Shown: one piece after another, positions 51,782-64,000 of the stretch
How positions within the stretch are numbered: position 1 is the stretch's first letter
Layout of the letters: the number at the start of each line of letters is the position of its first letter
DNA from: Octopus vulgaris
Taxonomy: Eukaryota
NCBI GenBank assembly: GCA_951406725.2
Contig: OX597817.1
Span: forward strand, 92,876,001-92,940,000
DNA length: 64,000 nt
Direction of reading: 5' to 3'
Notes under the pieces: generated by a model
Told to the model about the DNA's origin: nothing
The model's input: only the letters and a program-made list of their open reading frames with translations
Databases searched by the model: none
Position numbers and translations under genes: made by a program

Positions 51782-53280
51782 CTAGCAGCTAAGCCCGATT
51801 TCACCCGGTCTGTTCGGATGATGTGACTGTGATTGTTTTCGGTTAGGCATAATCTATAACAGTGTTTCTCAACCTTATCACTTCGGGTCCCCTGTTTTGA
51901 TTGGAGCTTCCAGCTATATGAAAATTTCCTGGCCCCGCCTGTTCAGAAAACAGCTTCAGGATTTGTGAAGAACGAATTTGTACGTAGTCTGTTTCTGAGA
52001 GCGATTCTATTGGACCTGTGTCTAATCATTAAAACATTGGACGATCTTTCGATATGGGAACACACGACTGTCACTTACAAACCACTTATAAACCACGTGT
52101 GTTTATTTACATTTTTGAAGATGATAGTTGGTTTCCGTAAAAGTTTTATTTTTTTAATATGGGGTAGGGGAGAAAGGGGATCTTTTGAAGTCGGCGTGAA
52201 AGCGAAAGAGACAGAGAGAGCGTGATTGTGTGAGTGAAGTTGTTTTGAAGTTGGTGTGAAGCGGAAGAATTGATGTGCGTGCATGCGTGTGTGTGTGTGA
52301 GAGAGAGAGACAGAGAGAGTGTGTGCGTGTGTGTGTGTGTTTAATGGGGTATGCGAGGCAGAATGTGTGGTGTGTGTGTATATGAGAGAGGGAGAAAGAG
52401 ATAAAGGAAGTTTTTATTTACTTTTTGTAGTGAGTGAATGTGTGAGTGATTGACAGAGAAAAAGCATGAGAGAGAGAGAATTTATGTATGTATGCATGTA
52501 TGTATGTATGTATGTATGTATGTATGAATGGCTTCAGTGACACACACACGCAAGCAGGTTGTTATTTATGTATGTATGTATGTATATATATATGTATGTA
52601 TGTATGTATGTATACATAGATGTATGTATCTATGTGTGGCCGAGAGAGAGTTAACTGAAATTTTGTCATTCTCTTTTTGTAGTGAGTGAATGTGTGAGTG
52701 ACTGACAGAGAAAAGGAGAGAGAGGTTATGTATGTATGTATGTATGTATGTATGTATGTATGTATATATGTATGTATGAATGGCTTTGGCTGACTGTCAT
52801 CCTGGCAGAATCGTTAGTACGCCGGGCGAAATGCGTAGCCGTATTTCGTCTGCCGTTGCGTTCTGAGTTCAAATTCCGCCGAGGTCAACTTTGCCTTTCA
52901 TCCTTTCGGGGTCGATTAAATAAGTACCAGTTACGCACTGGGGTCGATGTAATCGACTTAATACCTATGTCTGTCCTTGTTTGTTCACTCTATGTTTAGC
53001 CCCTTGTGGGTAATAAATAAATAAATAGGTATATGCCGGCTGTTTGAGCAACTGGTTGTTTTAATGGCGGGGAATTCCATTAGAAAAGTTTTAATCAATT
53101 TTCTCTGTAACTATGGGGGCTATGGTAAAAATACAAACCGCATTTCAATCTATGAACCCGTCTCCACATGTGTGCCATTTTTCATGCGAATCCACCCAGC
53201 CGTTTAGCTGTGAACTTCAAGAAAAGAAAGAATACAAAGATCGCCCATGTCTAATTTATATTATATATATATATATACGA
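51782..53280 (-). mobile_element. Non-autonomous Helitron-like element with nested SINE
   Basis: Minus-strand 3' end CCGGGTGAAATCGGG..CTAG|T at 51785-51781; AT-rich head near 53280. Confidence 0.5.
52795..53030 (+). mobile_element. tRNA-derived SINE (second family)
   Basis: TGGCAGAATCGTTAG A-box, GAGTTCAAATTCC B-box, GGGGTCGATTAAATAAGTACCAG body, A-rich tail; fragments at ~3040-3115 and ~42385-42490. Confidence 0.8.
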
Positions 53281-53334
53281 ATGATGGACAAACGAAAGAA
53301 GGGCATTCAACAAATTTATTGGGAGTTCAAATAC

Positions 53335-53452
53335 GTTGGTACTCTGAGTTTCAAGCGTGATACTACTCTTCAGCCATTTTGAACAACCAACTTCTTCCAT
53401 TCAAATTCAAAATGGCTGAAGGTTAACATCACCGTTGAAACTTGAAGTACTA
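53335..53452. ncRNA. Diverged inverted pair of hammerhead-like motifs
   Basis: Minus: TGG-CTGAAGA..GAAAC-TCAGA-GTA-CCA. Plus (53413-53452): TGG-CTGAAGG..AAC..GTT-GAAAC-TTGAA-GTA-CTA. Confidence 0.5.
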
Positions 53453-53472
53453 CCGAATTCAAATTGAACTGT

Positions 53473-53561
<89 letters not shown>

Positions 53562-53603
53562 CATACATACATACATACATACATACATACATACATACAT
53601 ACA

Positions 53604-53635
<32 letters not shown>

Positions 53636-54035
53636 GATATATATATATATATATACGAGAGTTGCGCAGAATATTGGAAACACTTCAAAAGTTCAAACAA
53701 ATTTATTTTAATATGCGGTAAGACTGAATTTGAGGTATGAACTCGTACAAATTTTAAATTGTTTCCAAACGAACTTTTCCATTCTTAGCTAAAACAGTCT
53801 CCGGTTCTTGTAGTGATGATGGTGGAGGATATCGACTCCTTGTTTTTGACCTCTTTGAATTTTAATTACCTTTTTCCAGTGATATCTGAAAAGAAACAGC
53901 AATTTTAGCAAACATATTAAGCAACACTAATAGTAAATTAAAAATCATAAAAATAAACAATATTTTGACGGTTTTAAAGATATATCAAAATTATGATGCT
54001 ATGATGCTAGGTGTTTCCATTATTTTGTCCAACCC

Positions 54036-54106
<71 letters not shown>

Positions 54107-54226
54107 TGTATTTTTACCTTGTTAACAATTAACACGGAAAAAATAAATAAATAGTTACCAGAGCAGCAAAAATCTCACAAGTAAAGGTGTTGTAACTCCT
54201 TGTTTATAAAGGTAGAAACTTCGTGT

Positions 54227-54560
54227 TTACGTTGAATATTTTGAATAATATGAATAAAAAATGAAGTTAACGCAGAGAAGACAGAATTTCTTGCCTTTGT
54301 CATATGGTATCGAAATTGAGAGAATCAACCATTCTAAATGAAATTGTTCATTGTGGTCTTTTAAATCCCAAATCAGTTTGCTGAGACCGGTACTATTCCG
54401 TTTATTTCTATCCCTAAATGTTGAGTAATGGATAGAAATTCTTTTAGATAACTCTAACGATGTGCTTCCAATGTAAAATCGTACTTTATTACGAGTACTG
54501 ATTATACACTGGTATATAGAATTTTTAATCTTAGAGTTACTTGACATAAACTTAATTCTA
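54227..54560 (-). mobile_element. Penelope-like GIY-YIG endonuclease fragment
   Basis: SIYQC..FYIGST..KRISIH..STGLSKLIWDLK..W.IL..PY..CLLC. Confidence 0.8.
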
Positions 54561-54917
54561 TTGGAATTGACTTCAGATACAATAACCTTGTTATTAATAT
54601 TTCTAGAGCTATTTTTCATTATTTTTTCTAAAAATACTCTAGTAAACACGGTTATAGAGCGAGCATACAGATGTAAGCATTGGCAAAAACATACATTTAG
54701 TGCATATAAGTAGTCTCTATCATTATATATAATTTAAACTTTAATTTCCTTTATATTTAACATTCACTATTAATATCCCTACTCTTTCTGTTAGCTACTT
54801 ATGACGTTATATCATATAACGTTTTTTTAAACAATATTAATAGCGTTCTGTCTATCGCTATACAAATCCATCATTTTTTGCTAAAATGTCTTATTGACGA
54901 GTTTCGTTTTTTTTCTC

Positions 54918-55003
54918 ACTTTCCTGAGGAGAAGATTGCATTGTTTATACCATTTATTCTTTTGAATAGTATCAGTGGAATTTTCGAAACATGTGTCGAA
55001 AGT
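54918..55003 (+). ncRNA. Canonical-core type I hammerhead ribozyme with extended stem II
   Basis: ACTTTC-CTGAGGA-GAAGATT..AATTTTC-GAAAC-ATGT-GTC-GAAAGT: 6-bp stem I, 7-bp stem II base, palindromic ACATGT, GUC triplet. Confidence 0.8.
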
Positions 55004-55162
55004 AAAAATATTTGATTACACCTGCGTTAACTCCATTTTTTATTCATATATATATATATATATATATATATAGGGAAAGTTTACGAAAAAAACAAAGGAC
55101 GAAGACAGGTGGTGTACAAAACAAACAGATGTATTAGTATAACGCTCAGGAATAGAAAAAGT

Positions 55163-55198
55163 CTTTTACGTTTCGAGCCTACGCTCTTCTACAGAAAG
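55163..55198 (-). ncRNA. Minimal hammerhead-like motif with CUGUAGA core variant
   Basis: Minus strand: CTTT-CTGTAGA-A-GAGC-GTAG-GCTC-GAAAC-GTA-AAAG; element resembles 5249-5435. Confidence 0.55.
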
Positions 55199-55259
55199 GG
55201 ACACAGAAAAAATGGAGAGAAACAAGGAGAGAAAAAATGTGTGTATTGGCTAACGAGCT

Positions 55260-55342
<83 letters not shown>

Positions 55343-55550
55343 TATATATATACATATACATACATATACATATATATTTATATACACATACATATATATA
55401 TACATATATAAATGTATACATATACATATATATATACAATGCATGTACTCATATATATATACATACGTATGTATATAAATATATATATATAGAGAGAGAG
55501 AGAAAGAAAGAGAAAGAAAAGGAGAGAGAAAGATACGTATATATATATGG

Positions 55551-55624
<74 letters not shown>

Positions 55625-55632
55625 AGTATGTA

Positions 55633-57256
55633 CGGTTGCGGCCAAAATGTTCAGAACGGAATTGTTTTCGTCAGAAAAGTAGGTATAAGTTTTTATGAAA
55701 GTTGTTTTATATTCTATAATTTTCACAGACAATAAATACGATATGAATTGTTCTTGTCTGAGATTTTGGTGTAATTTGAGAGGATAATACAAAACTTATA
55801 GATGATTTAGGGATTTACTGCAAAACCCATGGCGGCCAAAATGATCAGAACGCTTGTAAATATAACAAAATAATAAAATTTGACAGATAATACTGGAATT
55901 ATTTAATACTTAGTGTGAAGCCCTTTAGCTTCAATCACACTTTGACATCTTCGACTGCATGAGGAAGTTAAATTTTCAATTTCTTGCTAGGTGATCTTAT
56001 TCCATTCTTCCTGAAGGGCATTCCATAATTGCTCGGTTGTTTTAGGATTTCTGGCTTTCGAACGTTCTCCTAGAATATTCCACACATTTTCACTAGGATT
56101 GAGATCTGGGCTTTGAGCAGTTCAATCCATAATAATAACCTTTTCAGCCTTGAGGAAGTTCATGACCACCTTAGCCTTGTGACATGGGGCATTGTCCTGC
56201 ATGAATATGGGTGGTCGCTTAGTTGAATTTCTCAGCACAGGCAAGACATGATCTTTTACAAGTTGTTTATAAACTCCTGCATTTACCTTTCCATGTAATC
56301 GCACCAAAGGGCCCACACCATCTCCAGATATCATCCCCCAAACCATGACACTTCCTCTACCGAATTTAACACTAGTCTTAAGGCATTTAGGCGACAATTT
56401 TTCACCTACTTTTCGATGAACGTACCTTTTCCCATCTGAGCCAAATAACATAAACTTAGATTCATCACTGAAATGCACCGTTTGCCATTCTTCTTGAGAC
56501 CACAACACATGTTCGGTTGCAAAGGTAAGACGACACTTTTTATTTTAGGAGCTGATCAGTGTCTTCACTGCTGGTGATCTTGCTCGTAGGTTATGTTCAA
56601 CTAAACGATGAGACAAGTTTTTCGAGATAACTCTTCAGTACAATGCTCATTTCCCGAGAAACAGCAGCAGCAGTTTTAAATCTGTCCTTTTTAACCAACT
56701 TTACCATAGCACGATCTTCTCTCTTGGTCGTTTTTCTTGGCCTATCTGTAGACTTTCTTGCTTCACACGAACCACAATCATCGAAGACCTTAAGAATACC
56801 GTGAACAACACTTTTTGACTTGTTAACAATCTTTGCAATAGACCCAATACTTAAAATATCCTTCTTTCGAAGCTTAATAATCTGCTGACGAATTGATAAC
56901 GGAGTAAGTGGCATTATATTAACAAAGTACACTGCAGATATTCTTACTAATGTTTAGTAAACGAACCGTCACGTAAACAAATTCAAAACATTAGAGTTCG
57001 CCGGTTAAATATACTAAAACATGGAGTAAAAGCATCCGTTCTGATCATTTTGGCCGCCATGGGTTTTGCAGTAAATCACTAAATCATCCATAACTTTTGT
57101 ATTATCCTCTCAAATTACACCACAATCTCAGGCAATAACAATTCATATTGTATTTATTGTCTGTGAAAATTATAGAATATAAAACAACTTTGATAAAAAC
57201 TTATACCTACTTTTCTGGCGAAAACAATGCCGTTCTGAACATTTTGGCCGCAACTG
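55633..57256 (-). mobile_element. Full-length Tc1 element with ~220-bp IR/DR-type TIRs, inactivated DD34E transposase
   Basis: TA TSD on both sides; TIR C(A/G)GTTGCGGCCAAAATGTTCAGAACG with internal direct repeat GCGGCCAAAATGATCAGAACG; FSDESKF and MQDNAPCH; stops and frameshifts. Confidence 0.93.
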
Positions 57257-57771
57257 TATATATGTGTGTGTAAGAATGTATGTATGCATGTATACGTGTA
57301 TGTATAATCACTCAGCTGATTAACCTGACAAGAAGCCACAAAGACATATCGATAATATTGGACAAATTTTAAAAACTGAATGAAAGGGTTTTAACCTGAA
57401 ATTGTGTATTAAAAATTTCGGAATTTCGGAACACTCTATCGAATACCATATAAAAATTAATGCGATTAATGACAGTGTACCTAATTAATTATGGAATACC
57501 TTCATCATCGAATATTGAGATTCCTTTTCAAATGCCTTCAAATCTTTTTTTAATATACCTTCTTTATGTTTATCTGATATCGATAAATGTATCTGTATTT
57601 AATTTTAAAATAATCCGTATTATGAGTAACAAATCAATAGATATTAAAACAATGTAATCGTACATTATACTACTAATTAAGAATAAGAATGTAATGATAT
57701 ATCTGGGTCTTAACTGAAAAGCAAACTATAATTTCAAAGCCAGTACCACCGTTTACTTTTCTAATTTTATT

Positions 57772-57820
<49 letters not shown>

Positions 57821-58164
57821 ATACATTTATGCATTATATACACATAGTATGGCATATATATATAATACATGCATTATATATACATAGTATGGCATCCCGT
57901 GCATACTATGTGTAATGGACGGGATGCCATACATGTTAAATTGCTTGTTTCAAAATTTTCTTTCCTTGAGAGAAATAGTGAAAAACAAAACACCTAATCA
58001 AACTTGATAGAGACACTGACTGAGTAGAGAAAATTATTTCAAAAACTTCAGAATACTCCTTTAAAATTGCATATGACCAATCCCTTCCACTTATTTCCAT
58101 GGCAGACATATTCGTTGCGAAACTGTATTTACGCTATGCATAATACACACAAGTATAATATATA

Positions 58165-58850
58165 CGAGGGGCGTTCAATAAGTAATGCCCTGACCCACTT
58201 CCCATAGCAGTAGAGCAACGAAACTTGGCACAGTTATTAGTCTTTTTCTACATAGGAACCACCCAGAGTTACGCATTTCTCCCATCGCTTGATGCAGCTC
58301 TGGAGACCGTTTTTGTAGAAGACCCCAGCTTGGTCCTCCAACAATAATGTGACTTCAGAAATCAAGGCTGCATCATCTGGGAAACGCTTTCCTTTCAAAA
58401 ACAACTTCATGGCTGGGAAGAGGTGAAAATCAGAGGGTGCAAGGTCAGGAGAGTAGAGGGGATGGGGGAAGTTCATAGCCGCACGCCTGTGCTTCTAATC
58501 TGGCGACACGCGAGTTGTGGACCGGAGAGCTATTTCCACAGAGTTCCGACCATGTTTGAATTCACGATGCCAGCGTTTTACAAGGTCATATGATGGGGCA
58601 TCATCACCATAAGTTACTTTCATTTCATTAAAAGTCTCCGGTGATGTGCGTCCTTTTAAATACAAAAACCAGATCACTGCTCAACACTCAACAGGGTCCA
58701 TTTCACACTTGACTCAGTTCAAACACCTGTAAATCAGAAACCACAATTAGTTCAGAGCTGTAATTTGCCACTTAATCTATAGAGATATAAATAATTGAAC
58801 ACGCAAACAACTGCAAGTGGGTCAGGGGCATTACTTATTGAATGTCCCTC

Positions 58851-58851
<1 letters not shown>
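58165..58851 (-). mobile_element. Internally deleted mariner element
   Basis: TIRs CGAGGG(G/A)C(G/A)TTCAATAAGTAATGCCC with TA TSD; YSPDLAPSDFHLF; N-terminal HTH piece. Confidence 0.93.
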
Positions 58852-58912
<61 letters not shown>

Positions 58913-59149
58913 TATAAATTATTGAGGTAGCTTATTCTTAAGTTACATCCAAATGGCACAAGTTTAGACGTCACTAAGGTGGCTAATGGTGTTAATCAGT
59001 ACAAGCATTGCTTGAAATATAAGTCAAAATAGCTCTTAACTACGAGGAAGCAATTATCTAATGACAGGGATTAATCCTCTCATCTTGCTGCCTAGAGTTA
59101 AAACTAACTCACCTTGTCACTTTATAGAGAAACACGTGGTAATGTAAGG

Positions 59150-61150
59150 GGAAAGTAAGAAAAAAATGCAAAAATGCACATTGGAAATCAAAAAGTAAAG
59201 GCTTTTTTTATGAAAAGTAACGAAAGATATCTACAATTAGATGAACTGAGGTAGGAATAAAAGTAATAAAAGTTGTGTCTGGTTAACTGATTGAAGTAAC
59301 CATGTTGAGAGTTAAGTCTCGGAGGTAAATTCTTCCTGGTAGGTATTGGTTCCCAAAAATTTAGGTTAGTCTGAAGGTTTCGATAGAACCTTTGAATTGT
59401 ATGTAGGATGCCTTGAGGATTGCGTCCAGATTTTCTATTGTGGGTTGAATTCTTGATTGTTGTTTGAAAGTTATTTGGGGGTGTAAAAGAGTTCAGGACG
59501 GTGGAATTGTGTCCCTTAGACCGTCTGTGGTTTGTGTTAGATAAGCGTGGAGTCATTTCTGTGTATGTTTTTGGTTTATTTTTCTTCAGAAAGGGGTTAT
59601 CGATGCGTTTTCTATGTTAAACTGAGTTTCGTAGTTATTAAAGAAATTGGCTTGTTTATCCCAGCGTTGTAGGGAGTTGGTTTCTTCATCTACTCAAGTT
59701 GTTTTCCACAGTTTAAAAACACTTTCCAAGCAATGACCATCTACATATTTCTTTAATTCGTTGTAAATCTCCTCATCTATGTTTTTAAATTCCCTGCTGA
59801 ACAGGAAATCCTGCTGAACAATTATTTTATGTTCGATACAGTTTACTATCGACAAAAATGTAGAATTGCAATGGGAACCCGAGCTGCTCCAGTGACTGTA
59901 AACCTTGTAATGGGTTACCTAGAGCTTAAGTTATATCAATCATCACTACAAAAATATGGTACCTCATTTCATTGCTATTTAAAGGAGAACTGGAAGAGGT
60001 ATTTAGACAATTGCTTTATACTTTGGAAAGATAGTATGAACAAACTCCTCGATTTCAAAATAATGCTTAACAATATTTATAGCAACATACAATTCACCAT
60101 GGAACACAACAGTAAACAACTCCCTTTTCTTGACATCCTAATTAAAATAGTCAATAACCACATCGAAACAGACATCTTTTATAAACCCACAGATTCTAAA
60201 CAATACCTATTATTTAACTCATGCCACCCCAAACACATAATAATTAATATACCTTATAATCTAGCGAAAAGAATCTGTACCATATTTTCGGACACCTTTA
60301 CTCGTGAACAAAGACTCCTTGAACTCAGATCAATACTAATCAAAAGACATTACCCAATATAATTAATAAATGATGGCATTAAACGAGCTAAGGAAATAGA
60401 TATACGAACATTAAGGGAAGCCAGCCGAAATCCTAAACCAGACTTAAAAATACTCCCGTACATTTCCGCACGTAACCCTAGTAATAACGAAGCCTTCAAC
60501 ATTATCACCCAAAATCTTTCCATCCTCAGAGGAGATAAAACAAGGAACAAAATTTTAAGCTCATACAAAATTATTAAAATCAAAATGCAACCGAAATCAG
60601 TGAAAAAATATTAACCAGCGCAAGACTATATCCATTAACAACAGAACCAAAATTGAAGAAATGTGGTCGACCTAACTCTCGCACATGCCCCCACCTTTTG
60701 CAGGGCTCGGAATTCCACATTAAACAAGGTGAAATATATAAGATCAAATCAAATTTCACCTGTGCCTCGGAAAATCTAATCTATGCCATGACATGCTTAG
60801 GATGTGGTAACAATTATATTGGCCAAACAGGAATATCACTCCGTCGAAGAAGCACTCTGAACAAAGAACAAATTTGCCACCCACAATACAGACAGTTACA
60901 GGTTAGTGAACACATAGAAAGATGTGCTAGGAATTTTAATCCTAATTTCCTAATTTTTCCCTTCTATCAAAGTTCACAGAACACCTCAATGCAACAAAGA
61001 ATGAATAAAGAGGCAACTTTCATCAATAAATATCTTCCCCAACTAAATATGAACACGACTAAATAAGAACACTGACTTCTGAAATTTGCCCTCTCTTTCT
61101 TGGTCTTATATCCCTAATATTTTATTACAGCACTAATTAGTTGTACTGTA
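59150..61150 (+). mobile_element. Penelope-like element (Neptune-like), RT C-terminal half + Cys linker + GIY-YIG; the segment ~59150-59795 appears inverted
   Basis: YRQ..IAMGT..AP, RYLDN (degenerate YxDD), LPFLD, FYKPT, SCHP, CGRPNSRTC, NLIY..C..C..YIGQT; in-frame TAA and a frameshift. Confidence 0.88.
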
Positions 61151-61169
61151 TAAGGGGAACAAGCCACAA

Positions 61170-61850
61170 ATTGTGTAGGTTTTTACCTCAATGAGGCCAA
61201 GACTGAATATATAAACAAGTGCCTATCCAACAGTGATTGCATCATCCATACTCTCAACAATACGCCCTTAAATATGGTTTCTGATTACAAATATCTTGGG
61301 TCATACATATCATCATCTGGAAAAGATTTTCTAACTAGAAAAGGTATGGCCTGATCAGCCTGTAATGATATGCATCAGGTCTGGTCATCAAATCTAAGTA
61401 GAGACTTCAAACTTAAAATCTTCAAAGCCACAGTCGAACCAATTCTACTATATGGCTCAGAAACCTGGACGTTATAAAAGAAGCTTGAGAGGCGGTTGGA
61501 TGGAACCTACACTCGCCTCCTTATGAGAGCTCAAAATCTCTCGTGGAAGCGTCATCCAACCAAAATGCAAATATATGGGAAACTACCACCTGTGTCATCT
61601 CTTGTGAAAGGTAGGAGAGTTAAGTTTACTGGACATTGTTGCAGAGCTGAAAACGAGGCAATTTCCACTCTTCTCCTCTGGAAGCCATCTACTCGCGATA
61701 CCAGATGGCGCACACTCTCCTACCCTGATGTAATATCCAAGGATACAGGCATCCAGCAACAGGACTTCCGTAATGCTATGATGGACCGTAAAGTCTGGCG
61801 TAGCATGGTAAATTTCATTGTCTCGACCACGGTCGAACAATGATGATGAT
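61170..61850 (+). mobile_element. RTE-type LINE 3' fragment with (TGA)n tail
   Basis: LNEAKTEY, YKYLGSYI, IFKATVEPILLYGSETW, LDGTYTRLL, GHC.R; ends in TGATGATGAT. Confidence 0.8.
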
Positions 61851-61890
61851 AAGGGGATAATTATCCTATTTTTTTCATTTCATATATATA

Positions 61891-61961
<71 letters not shown>

Positions 61962-62013
61962 GTATGCATGTATGTATGTATGTTTGTATGTATGTATATA
62001 TATATATATGTAT

Positions 62014-62073
<60 letters not shown>

Positions 62074-62079
62074 GTATAT

Positions 62080-62360
62080 GTTGTATAGTGTGGTTTCCGT
62101 CATAAGAGACCAATGCAGACTGAATTCTTTGTTACGCATTTTTAATTTGTTAATGTGGGCAGCTAGTGCGGTTGAATTTCTTACTTCTTGATTAATAAAT
62201 GAATTTGCGTGCCCCTATATCTAGTCTTAAATTTCATCGTACTTCCTATGTATGACATCTTTGATTCATTGACGGTAATAACCTCCACTTTATACACAAC
62301 ATTTCTCCTTAAATAGAATCCCTTTAAGGGAAATAAATCCCGATTACACCAATTACATGT
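62080..62360 (-). mobile_element. Penelope-like GIY-YIG fragment between (TA)n tracts
   Basis: [32 protein letters not shown]. Confidence 0.7.
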
Positions 62361-62405
62361 ATACACATACATATATATATATATATATATACATACATAT
62401 ACACG

Positions 62406-62459
<54 letters not shown>

Positions 62460-62647
62460 CATATATATATTAATAGTTATCGCCATACTAATATGCCAGT
62501 CTATAAATAAGACTAAAGCTGTCGCTGATTAGCTCCAAGAGGCCACCGCCTCTAGCTAGCTATATGACACACGAACCTGCGTTCATTACATTATATATAT
62601 ATGAGCATACATCTTACATATATGTATACGTATATGTATACATATGA

Positions 62648-62922
62648 TTAAAGAAGAGGAACGGAGAGTTGGTAAGGATGTAAAATTAATTTATTAACAT
62701 ACTGCCAAAACAAAGACAAAATAAAGTGAAACAAAGCATACGTGCGTTTCAATTCAGTCCAATAAATAATTGCATAATTCAAAAATTGGAATGATTTTTG
62801 AATTATGCAATAGTTTATGGAACTAAATTAAAACGTACGTAGGTTTTATATGACTTTATTTTGACAGTATGTTAATAAATTAATTTTATATCCTTACCAA
62901 CTCTCAATTCATCTTCTTTAAT
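62648..62922. repeat. ~275-bp imperfect palindrome
   Basis: GAGAGTTGGTAAGGATGTAAAATTAATTTATTAACATACTG is mirrored at about 62864-62905; central TTGCATAATTCAAAAAT/ATTTTTGAATTATGCAA. Confidence 0.85.
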
Positions 62923-63605
62923 AATATTTATACTTATAATAATCTCATATATATCAAAAAGATTCTCCTCAATCGTGTTGGCGATTGAACCAGTGAAATT
63001 CTGGATATAATTGTCACTTATGAGGATAAGACATCCTCGCATTGACTATATATATACATGCATGTATACATATGCATAAGTGTGTGTGTATGTATGTGTG
63101 TGGGGAGTGAATGTGTATGTGTGTTTCTGCGTGTGTGTCTGTGTCCCTGTGCATCTGTGTCTGTGTATGGGTGGGGAGGTGAGTATGTGTGTGTGTCTGT
63201 GTCAGTGTGTATGTGTGTTTGTGTTATTTTGAAAAAATAAAAATAAAATGCTTACAGAACTTTAGTATGGAAAGCAGAAAGACAGCTGTACCGAATTCGG
63301 TCACTAAGTCGTATATTCATGTTGGAATAAGATTAAAAATAGAATTGAAATAAATTAAATTCTCGTAATATCATTTCTGGAAGTTCGTGGAGTGGATATA
63401 TACATGTAAGTTGATATGTATGTATGCATGCATGCATTTATGTATGTATGTATGTATGTATGTATGTATGTATGTATGTATGTATGTATGTATGTATGGG
63501 TGTACGTATATGAGAAATTAGTTTGGAATATAAATATTCAATTTGCAGTAGATAACATTGTTGTGGTTAATTGAAATAAATATTAACTGTTGCTTTTCTT
63601 TACAG

Positions 63606-63892
63606 ATGAATGCATACATAATGGAATAAGATATAAAGGAGTATATAATATGGACTGCAACACGTGTGTATGTGAGGAATATGGCAAAGCAGTCTGTACA
63701 AATTTGCGTTGTGATTACGGGCAGGAATCTACTTGTATCTATCAAGGTAGACGTTACAGAGTAGGAGAGACATTCCAGCAATCCATAACAACGACACGGC
63801 AAAACTTTCATGACAAACTTTGCAGAGTAAGAAACATTGATGTAGAGCTGGAAACGCATTGTTCAAGATTGACTTGGAAATCACAAGCATGA
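63606..63892 (+). CDS. Paralog C exon 2, truncated by deletion: one complete module + half module + novel tail (about 114 aa with exon 1); possible pseudogene
   Basis: TTCTTTACAG acceptor; near-identical to 28382-28560, then switches at 63785 to sequence matching 33089 onward. Confidence 0.75.
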
Positions 63893-64000
63893 TTAAAAGT
63901 GAAGCCTGTCATGTTTTCAATAATTCGAGCTGCCCACAATACACGCACACACAAACAAACAGATACACACATATATACACGCGTGTGTAAATATTAGTAT

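Noticed and set aside
60360-60362. In-frame stop in the PLE ORF as possible selenocysteine recoding
   Set aside because: The codon is TAA, not TGA, and the copy also has a frameshift and a mutated YxDD.

Overview
AT-rich, microsatellite-dense animal genomic DNA. The repeat families and tRNA-derived SINEs suggest an octopus or other coleoid cephalopod (inference). The only clear host genes form a small cluster of three paralogs encoding secreted Cys-rich proteins. One copy is complete (+ strand, exons 26916-26973, 28382-30198, 30850-30864; about 629 aa): a signal peptide followed by 16 tandem six-Cys pacifastin/VWC-like modules in a single exon. A second copy has exon 1 at 51587, a ~12 kb TE-inflated intron, and a ~4.5 kb deletion in exon 2. 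A third copy shows only its promoter and exon 1 on the minus strand at the window start. The rest is mobile DNA: L1/Tx1-like LINEs, RTE and REL-type fragments, Penelope-like elements (PLEs), Tc1/mariner/pogo transposons, a Merlin-like MITE, non-autonomous Helitrons and SINEs. The most striking unannotated signal is roughly ten unrelated hammerhead-ribozyme-like motifs, often in inverted pairs and next to microsatellites, one of them fused to a tRNA-like Pol III head. Most ORFs in the supplied track are microsatellite artefacts. All calls come from reading by eye; TE boundaries are approximate unless termini are quoted.
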